Notes under the pieces: generated by a model
Databases searched by the model: none
What the model saw: only the letters and a program-made list of their open reading frames with translations
What the model was told of the DNA's origin: nothing
NCBI RefSeq assembly: GCF_009914755.1
Contig: NC_060929.1
DNA length: 64,000 bases
Direction: 5' to 3' (one strand)
Source of the DNA: the human T2T-CHM13v2.0 reference genome, Homo sapiens
Position numbers and translations under genes: made by a program
Shown here: positions 54,720-64,000 of the stretch, one piece after another
Layout: each line of letters begins with the position of its first letter
Position numbering within the stretch: position 1 is the first letter of the stretch

Positions 54720-55565
54720 GGTAAATATCACTTCCTTTCTCAGAATACATCCTCTTTACCACTCTTATGACCTTCAGTGTTTTAGGAGGAATTAAAATCA
54801 CATCGAACTCCAGGGATGGGCACTGATCTACCTAATTTGATGAGTATACACTCATCTATGTTTGTTTCCTAATCCTGTATATCCTACCTCTCCAAAGTTT
54901 AGTGGCTTAAAACAATAACCAGTTTGTTTTCTCTTATGATTCTGTGGGTTGACTGCATTCAGTGGGATTCTGGCATGGCTAGGTATCTCTCTCCCTCTTT
55001 CTCTCTTTCCATGTAGCGCCAGAGCCTCGCCTTCACTCCTTGCCTCTCCAAGTGATCACTTCTTGTAGCCTCTCCAGCAGGATCAATAGACTTCTAATGT
55101 GGTAGTTTGCAGACTGCAAACAGTCAAAAGAGGAAAAAAGCCTTGTGAAGTATGGCTCAAAGGTGACTTGGGGTCATCATTCAAGACTAGCTGTCTCACC
55201 AGCCATCTCTTGACTATAGTAATTGGTTGAGGGAAGACATGAAGCTTTAGTTGCCTAAAGAGGAGCAAATTCCCCAAATATTTGATAATTTCGCAAAAAA
55301 GTTTTCTCTTGCTAGTTATACATAAGATAGAATGTAGCTCTAGTATTGTCCAGTAATCACCCTGTTATCTTGAGAAGAGCCATCTTAGGATAAAAATAAC
55401 AACATGGAAGGTAGAGAAAAGGCCTGGAAAGCAAACAGGTCTTTGGTGTCAATCTTTTACTAAATATAGGTTTACATCTGAACTTGTCAGTTGCAGGAAT
55501 TCATACATTTCTTTATTTTTGAAGTCATTTAAAGTGAAGCTTCCTATGGCCTGAAGCAATAGCCA
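54720..55565. mobile_element. Old MLT1-type LTR sequence, probably two nested copies in opposite orientation
   Basis: ccaaagtttagtggcttaaaacaataacca...ttatgattctgtgggttgactg (antisense MLT1) inside MLT1K/L-like sense sequence ending aagtcatttaaagtgaagcttcc. Confidence 0.5.
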
Positions 55566-56439
55566 TAATAAGACACAATAATTTATACAATGATTTAAAA
55601 ATATTAAACTCCCAAATTAAAAGCATTTGAGAAAACTTTTTGTACAATATATAACCTAATTCAGGGAAACAAAAATTGTATTTTTTTAAAAAAATACGAA
55701 TGGTTTATGCAAGGGACAGATCATGTAAAGTTTATTTTATTAAACGAAAATATCTACATAGATAACTTCATTGGGGTTCCTGGGGAAAGAAACTTTATTG
55801 GAACTGAGACAACTCCAGTGAATGTCCTTTGTAACAAGCCACTTTTTTGGCAATTACCAGACAATCCTGAAAAGTATATGAAATGTATGGCCTTTACATA
55901 AAAAGCAGACTGATTAAACTGCATTATAATTAAACAATCTAAATCTAAAAACCAATACTACATTTGAAATGCAAGGGTGTGATACGATCAGGCAACAGAA
56001 TCCATGTCAAATCATACCACTATGATTAATCCTATTGGGGTACAGGTAGCTATTCCACCCTATCCTCAAAGGAGAAAACAGGGATTTCCTTCAAGATACA
56101 TTGAATATAAAAACAACAATAGCCTCCCATCTCCATTGTAAGCATGTACAAACTCTACTTAGAGTGGTTAGAAACTGTAAATTTTAACTCCTCTCATTTA
56201 CTAGAGATTTTCTCTTTTCTTTTGTCAAAAATCTCTGGAGGAAAACAATGTTGTTTATTTTTGTTTTATTTATAGCATGTATATATGTGTCTTTTTGAAA
56301 ACACCCCATTAAAGGACACATTTCTAGTCTTGCTTGAATTTAAATGTAGAATAATACGATATGCATTGCTACCTTAAGATTATAGGCAATAAGGTTCACA
56401 CTCAAAATATACTTGCAGAATATCCTCAAGTAGATAATT

Positions 56440-57500
56440 ATTTTTTGATCAAACCCTCATTAAGCACTACCATGTTCTAAGCTTGAACCTATGCAAGGAT
56501 CTAGGAACACAGTGATGAACAAAGTAGACAAGGTTCTTGTCCTCATAATCATACCATCCAGGGAAAAAGACACACATGAAGCAATTAATTATATTAATAA
56601 ACATAAAATCACAATCCGTAGTAAGTTACATAAATCTAAATTAAAGGAAGTTATGAGAGTATAACAGGATGATATCATTTAGCTCAAGGAAGATTAGAGA
56701 AACATTTTTTGATAATGGGTCATATAAGCTGAAAATGGAATGATCAGCGTGATTTAACCAGACAAATAATTATGACAAGACTATACTATGTCTAGGGGAC
56801 AAAAATAATTAAATATAAGAAAGGTTCAAAAGAAATCTGGTATGGCAATGGTTATTTGATGAGAGCAGTGTGACTCAAATTGAGGTTGTAGAAGTAGGCA
56901 ATAAATAGTTCATACAGGACATTGAAGTTCAACTTCAGAATTATGGAATTTCTTATATATGTAATATAAAATTATTTTTAATTTAAGAAGATATTGTGCT
57001 TGCCTCAGCAGCACATACGCTAAAATTTAAATAGAAACTAAATTTGCATTATGTAAAGGTTACCATTTTTGGTTGTGTTATGAAGAATATATTAGATGGG
57101 GAAAAACGAAGGGCAGAAGGTCAATTTAGAAGCTCTATAGAGAAAAGATGATGGTGGATGAAGCTTGAATTTTGTGGTAATGGAGATGAAGAGGATGGAA
57201 AGAATCAGGAAGCATTTTGGAGGAATTTCAAGAGCAAGGCTTTGATTTGATTAGCTGAGTGGTTGAAAGTTTAGTTTAGTGGGCTATGGCATACAAAAGA
57301 AGACTGCTTTGGGGAGTGAAACACAGTAAAAAACCAGTTTGCCGTATAAAAATACAAGATCGGTGAGACTCCTAAGTATCAATATTAAATAGCTACTTGT
57401 TTATATGAACTAGGGCTTAGAAGAAAGGTCTGTGATCAAGGTACAATTTTAGTACATGAATAACATTTAGTCACTCAAGTGGGTGTGGCTACCCAAACAA
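56440..57500 (-). mobile_element. L2 remnant (continues at ~59540-59700)
   Basis: attaagcactaccatgttctaag...ctaggaacacagtgatgaacaaagtagacaaggttcttgtcctcat is the reverse of the L2 3' end. Confidence 0.7.
56996..57027 (+). pseudogene. RNU6: 3'-truncated U6 snRNA retrocopy (nt 1-32)
   Basis: GTGCTTGCCTCAGCAGCACATACGCTAAAATT versus U6 5' end GTGCTCGCTTCGGCAGCACATATACTAAAATT: 27/32 ungapped, starting exactly at U6 +1. Confidence 0.85.
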
Positions 57501-57510
57501 GAACTTAAAG

Positions 57511-57739
57511 CAGAGGTCAGCAAACATTTTTTTTTCTATAAATGTATATACTGTAAATATTTTAAATTATGTGGGGGCATACATTGTCTATTGCAACAAC
57601 CAAATGCTGTCTCTCTAGCGTGAAAGTGGCCAGACACAATACTAAGAAAATGTGGGTAGCTATGTTCCCTCAAAACTTTATTTACAAAAACAGGCCACAG
57701 GCCTGTTTTGGCCTGTGGGCTATAGTTTTCTGACTTTTG
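57511..57739 (+). mobile_element. MER58A-like hAT-Charlie element
   Basis: cagaggtcagcaaac...aaaactttatttacaaaaacagg...ttggcctgtgggctatagttttctgac. Confidence 0.85.
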
Positions 57740-57797
57740 TTTTAAAACATTGGAATAACGACAGAAATTGTTAGAGAGAGAGAAAAAGGAAAAAAAG

Positions 57798-59530
57798 AAA
57801 TACCAATGCCTGGGACCCATGTCCATAGAATGTTAGTTATTTTGTCTGAGTTATCAAGCGGACATTGGTCTGGAATACCAACTGAAGGCCGCAATTTCTC
57901 AAACTGTCAGTGACATTCTTCGTAGAGTTAGAAAACACTATTCTAAAATTCATATAGAACCAAAAAAAAAAAAAAAAAAAAAAAAGAAGAGCCTGAATAG
58001 CCAAGGAATTCCTAAGCAAAAAGAACAAAGCCAGAGGCATCACATTACCCAACTTCAAAGTATACTAAAAAGCTACAGTAACCAAACTATCATGATACTG
58101 GTACAAAAACAGATACATAGACCGATGGAACAGAATAGAGAGTCCAGAAACAATGCTGTACACCTACAACTATCTGGTCTTTGATAAAATTGATGATAAC
58201 AATCAATGGGGAAAGGATTCCCTATTCAATAAATGGTGCTGTGATAATTGGCTAGCCATATGCAGAAGATTGAAACTGGATGCCTTTCTTATACCCTCTA
58301 TAAAAATCAACTCAAGATGGATTAAAGACTTACATGAAAAACCTAAAATTATAAAAGCTTTGGAAGATAACCAAGGAAATACCATTCTGGACATAGGCCC
58401 TGGCAAAGATTTCATGATGAAGACTCCAATAGCAATTGCAACAAAAATAAAAATCAACAATGGAACGTAATTAAACTAAAGAACTTCTGCACAGCAAAAT
58501 AAACTATCAATAGAGTAAACAGCCTACATAATGGGAGAAAATATTTGCAAATCATGCATCTGACAAAGGTCTAATATTCAGAATCTATAGGAATTTAAAT
58601 AATTTAACAACTAAAAATAAAGAAACCCACTAAAAATGGGCAAAAGACACAAATAGACTTCTCAAAAGAAATACACATGGCTAACAAGCATATGAAAAAA
58701 TGCTCAACATTGCTAATTATCAGAGAAATGAAAATGTAAGCCACAATGAGATACCCTCTGAGTCAGAATAGCTATTATTAAAAAGTCAAAAAATAACATG
58801 CTGGAGAGGTTGCGGGGAAAAGAGGACACTTACACATTGCTGGTGGGAATGTAAACTAGTTCAACCACTCTGGAAAGCAGTTTGGCAGTTTCTCAAATAA
58901 CTCAAAGCAGAATTAACATTTGACCCAGCAACCCCATTATTAAATATAAGGAATATAAATCATTCTATTACAAAGACACATGCATGCATATGTTCATTGT
59001 AGCACTATTGACAATAGCAAAAACATGGAAAAAACCTAGATACCCATCAATGGTAGACTCAAGAAATACATATACACTATAGAATACTTAGCCATAAAGA
59101 ACAAGATTATGTCCCTTGCAGGAAAACTGATGGAGCTGGAGGCCATTATCCTAAGCAAACTAACAACACAGGAACTGATTTAAAAAAAAAAAAAATTACT
59201 GCACGTTCTCATGTATAAGTGGGAACTAAACTTTGAGTACACAGGGACACAAAGAAGGGAACAATAGACACCAGGGCCTACATGAAGGTGGAGGGTGTGA
59301 GGAGGGTAAGTATCAAAAAACTACCTATCATGTACCAGCCATACTTATTACCTCGGTAATAAAATAATCTTTACGCCAATGACACCCTACGACACCCTGC
59401 AACATGCACTTTACCTATATAACAAACCTGCACATGTGCCCCTGAAAATAAAAAAAAAAATTTCATAATTAAAAAAATAAAGCTTCATAGATAATTCTAA
59501 TGTGCAACCAACTTAGAACCACTGATTTAG
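57798..59530. mobile_element. MER5A1-like element split by an L1 insertion (halves ~57798-57870 and ~59478-59530)
   Basis: aaataccaatgcctgggaccca... before the L1 and aattctaatgtgcaaccaacttagaaccactg after it. Confidence 0.6.
57891..59460 (+). mobile_element. 5'-truncated L1 (L1PA15/16-like), ~1.6 kb
   Basis: Sense ORF2 3' half (ORF 58153-58470, [11 protein letters not shown]...[10 protein letters not shown]), 3'UTR and poly-A tail. Confidence 0.93.
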
Positions 59531-59709
59531 AATGAAAACAGCAAAAGCCTAAGAAGAAACTTTGGAGAATTCCAATATTTAAAGATCAGATAGATACTGT
59601 TGACGAATTAAAGGAGATACGAAAATGTAGCAAAAGAGGATGAAAGAAAATTAAGACTTTGTTTTAAGTTATAAAAAGAATAAAACGCCTCAAGAAGGAA
59701 GGAGGGCAA

Positions 59710-59950
59710 TAATAATAATAGTACTATTAAGACCTAAAACACATTTAATATGTGCTTTATTATATGTATTTTACTTACATTAACTTATATAATGCTTGAG
59801 TAACCTTTTAAGCAGGCATTTTTATCTCCATTTTAAAAAATAGTTGGTTAAACTGAAACATGAGCAGATTGAGTAACTTGCCAAAGATCATGAAGCATGA
59901 ATGACAGAGCTGGAATTTAAATCCAGAAGATCTAGCTTTGGAGCACTGAC
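59710..59950 (-). mobile_element. MIR
   Basis: aactgaaacatgagcagattgagtaacttgccaaagatca...gacagagctggaatttaaatccag. Confidence 0.7.
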
Positions 59951-60430
59951 ACTTGCTCATATGTATTAGGAATTTAAAAAACAAAAAGATTATCCATTGT
60001 TTATAGAAAAATGAATGCTGAGAATATTTTCAAAAACATTAGTTTCAGTGATAGGAAAGAGAAAGCCAAGGAAGTGCGGACAAGCTAAGGGAAAATGAGG
60101 AGGATGAAGGTATACAAGACCATATTCTGAGAGAGAGTAAGTGTGTTTATGAGAATGAAGGATTAGAGTTGAGTAAAATTGCAAAGGTATGAAATAACCA
60201 CTGCAAATATTGGAGAGTGAGTTTAGTTGAGAAAAGTGATAGTATTGCTCAGCATTATTGAGTGTGCATTTGAGGTGTTTTATCATGAATTCTGAGTCTT
60301 ATCAGTTAGGCAATGGGAGTTATCTTCATGGAATAGCACAGCTATTCTGCTAAAGGATCAGGAAAGATGTCTTTGCCTTGATCCGGAGCTGGGATTTTGC
60401 CAGAATTGTGTTTTGGAAAGACTAGAGTAC

Positions 60431-60572
60431 TTTTGCAAAAACTCAGGTAATGATGTGAGTTGTATCATCAAAAACCTAGGAAAATTAGAAGTTGCAGATT
60501 TTTTTGCAAAAATTGAGGTAATGATGTGAGTTATATCATCAAAAACCTATAAAAATTAGAAGTAGCAGATTT
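60431..60572. repeat. Tandem duplication, 2 x 71 bp
   Basis: 60431-60501 versus 60502-60572: 65/71 identical by manual alignment. Confidence 0.92.
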
Positions 60573-62329
60573 CTATCATGTCTTTAAAATCTCCCTCCCA
60601 CATAGTCCTCGCTGAATTTTCAATACTTCTTAACCATAGCTTTATCATTCATGAGAATCTCTAAGAATCTGTACTGTTAATTTTTTTACATGCTACATTT
60701 TACCAAGAATTAAGAAAGAAATCTTAAAAATAATTTTAATTTTGATAACTAGAGACAACAGATACTATAGTTTTAATATTTAAACTTCTCAGAATTAATC
60801 TAAAGTAACTTTTACAACATATCATAAAAAATTTCTCACTAAATTTTAAAATCTTATTTTAGTATCCAAGAAAACTTGCAGGTATCAAATTAACTACCAA
60901 AACTTCCATATCATTTCATTTCTGAAATGTATTAAGAATAAGAGAACACAAGTATTACACAGATAAAAGGAACATATATTGGTATACTTCCTAATTAATA
61001 CTATCTTAAATAAAACTAGAAGAAAAATAAGACAAAATAATTCATTTGATAGTTTAATTTGTCTAAGGTGGATTATTTGTTTTTTTAAAAACCCCTTGAC
61101 ATTTTCTTCAATATCAATAATTTGATAATAAATATGAAAAAATCTCCTAGTTTTATTGATTTTTTTCACCAGACAGAAATGGAGCATAGAATGTAATTAT
61201 AAATGTTAAAATGTTTCTTAATTCCTACTTAAGTCTTTTCATCATTTAAGCTATACTTTCAATATTCTATTTATGGGAATTTGTATAACTTACAACCAGA
61301 AAATGATTTATTCTTTTGCTTTCTCCATAGGCTCTTGCAGGAAGTTAGCAATACAGATGTAGAACATTGATTATACAACGCATAGGGGAAAGGAGAGGAG
61401 AAACAAAAAGAAAGAAAAGAGGAGGGGATGGGAAAGGCGAAGAAGAAAAGGGAGAGAAGGGGAAGTGGAAAAGACAGCATAGTAATGCTTAAGAGATATT
61501 CTAATAGGAAGGTTATAGTGAAAGATACGACTTTTTAAAATGACTTTCCTCTTCAAAAACTGGCCAAGCTAATGATCTCTTTTCTCTTCTGCCTCCTCCA
61601 TGCCCATGAATTAAAATGTCATGACCATTACCAAGCAGCCCATCCAGCTGTAAAACTGGATGGAACTGCATGAATACAAATATGACCAGATTACAAATAT
61701 TATCCTAAAAAAAGAAGTTTATTAAATGTCCAAAATTGGAGTAGTCATTGGGTTCATAGTTCTGAGTATAGGATAATGACTCTTACGTTAATTAAGTAAC
61801 TGAACATTTTTATGGGATAGAGTTGCTCTTCCCATTCTCAAACCTCATGGATTTTATATGAGCTGGCAAAGATAACTCAAACTAAAATATAGTGCTGATC
61901 TTTAATATGGAGATTATGTGTATGTCTGACAATCTGACACAAAACAAACAATTGCAAATACTTTTGATAAAGAACTGTACCATTCGTGACTTCACATAGA
62001 TATTGTTACGTCTTAAACATCCATTTCCATAGTCTGGAGAAAAGATGAAAGAAAAAATTTCTTACTGGTTTACATGGGATCATTACTTCCATTGATTCCA
62101 TATTTACATTTAAAATAAATTTAAATTGTGATTCTTGATTTATTTGTATGTGATACATCCTTTACTTGAGGTGATAGGAGGTAATAAATCTTCCAAGGTT
62201 AGCTTCATCTTACTTTCAAGTTTTTTGAGAGTGTTTTAAAATGCTGCTTCACTTGAAAAACCATTTGCTAAATGTCTAACATAGGTATACCAAGGAAAAT
62301 ACTAGACACTAGATAAAATAGTTTAATGG

Positions 62330-62745
62330 GAGAGAAAAATAAATATTCTAATATTTAAGCATAATGATTCCTGAGATAGGATAAGCCCTGGATGTTATGA
62401 GGACACATATGAGTACACTTAATCTAGCTGTCAGGATTATGGAAAGCTTCCGGGAGAAATCTGAAGAACTGAAAGCACTCTAACAAGGCTGGAGCATGGG
62501 TTTTCAGTTGGGAGTTGGGGTTTTCAGGTGGGGATCAAGGTGTTGAGGTATCAAGTTTGAAAGTTAGGTGGGGCTGGTCTAGGAATGGTTTGTTTGTAAC
62601 AGTAAGGAGTTTGGAATTCTTCCTGAATACCATTGGAGCCACTGAAAGATTTTTGGCAGGGAAAAGTACTGTCAAAATTTGAATTTTAGATAGATTTATA
62701 CATCAGTTCTTTAGACTATATTTTGAAGACCTGAGATTGGAAGGT
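62330..62745 (-). mobile_element. Degenerate L2 fragment
   Basis: taaggagtttggaattcttcctgaataccattggagccactgaaagatttttggcaggg resembles antisense L2. Confidence 0.6.
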
Positions 62746-63044
62746 GGTCAATCATGGAATTATGCAGCTTTGGCATATCAAGATACAAAAATAAAAATCC
62801 CCAAAACCAACCAAACCAACCAACAAAACAAAAATAAACAACCCAAAACCCCACAAAACAGTAGAATCAATATAACTCAGTGACCAATTGAAGGTAGAGG
62901 GTAAAGGATGTGGAGCCAAGGATCGTACTTGGGTTGATGGTTTGGACAACTGACAGGGGTACCAGTAACCAAATGTGTAATGCATGCATGAGGAGCAGTG
63001 CATTTGGCGGAAGGCTTTTGAAAGCTGTATATTTGTTATTTTGA

Positions 63045-63341
<297 letters not shown>

Positions 63342-64000
63342 TATTTTGACTGTTTCTTATCTGTTCTAAGTATAGTTAATTTAAGTGGAATGCAATGCCT
63401 TGACTGGACATGTGGTCTTTGCAAGCTACTCTAACAAAGACTATGATGATGCTTTGGGTCTTCAGGTATTAATGTGAACTCAGGCCCTGAGCTCAATGGT
63501 CCTTATAATGTCTGAGTCTGTTCTCCTCTTTCTCCAGTGTACAAGCACTTGAGTAAGTGGGTATATGCTCATTTTAAAAAGAATTAGGCAAATCATGATG
63601 GCAGATTCTTGCCACAGTGTTGCAGAGTCCTTCTCACTTAGGACATGACAGTATCTTTGGGCCTGTGGATTGAGCAAAAAAAAAATGTGACTTTTTATTG
63701 TAGTAACTCCCATAAACCTCCTGTTTTCTCTCCCAATATTATCATGTTATTGCTGTCAATGTTAATAGATACCCTTGTTGGCTGCCTCTAGGCATACCAT
63801 AGTTTATTAACCATCTTCACAAGTTCCACTGGCTGCCACTCCAATTTTGCAGGTCAACATGTTAATTGAATTGAAGACTACTGACTTCTGACTGTTGAGG
63901 TTCTGTTACTCCAGGATCAGGTTATTCATCTGTATATTAATGAGCCATCTAAATGACCACTTCCCCTGCCATCAACACTGGCCTGCAAAGGAGATCCATC

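Noticed and set aside
60431-60572. Repeats as a possible CRISPR-like array (also 15581-15644)
   Set aside because: Only two copies each, no series of unique spacers, eukaryotic context and no cas genes.

Overview
AT-rich, CpG-depleted primate (catarrhine, human-like) genomic DNA, most likely a gene desert or deep intron. I see no supportable host protein-coding exon, CpG island or prokaryotic system. The long ORFs in the track are L1 ORF1/ORF2 remnants, and the rest are repeat-derived or chance ORFs. Much of the window is interspersed repeats: L1s of several ages, six Alus (all minus strand), MaLR/ERVL LTRs, L2/MIR and DNA transposon fossils. The most informative structures are (i) a ~5 kb L1PA5-like insertion with a twin-priming 5' inversion, (ii) an MST provirus with both LTRs and its TSD, split by a ~7.8 kb L1MA1-like element with loss of most of the internal region, (iii) a 32-nt tailless U6 snRNA retrocopy, (iv) an AluJ carrying a patchwork templated insertion, (v) two stacked L1 3' ends inside one TSD pair and (vi) a THE1 solo LTR with an intact DUX4-type motif. 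These are good examples of known mechanisms. I found no convincing novel biological system. Subfamily names come from recalled consensus sequences and need Dfam/RepeatMasker confirmation.
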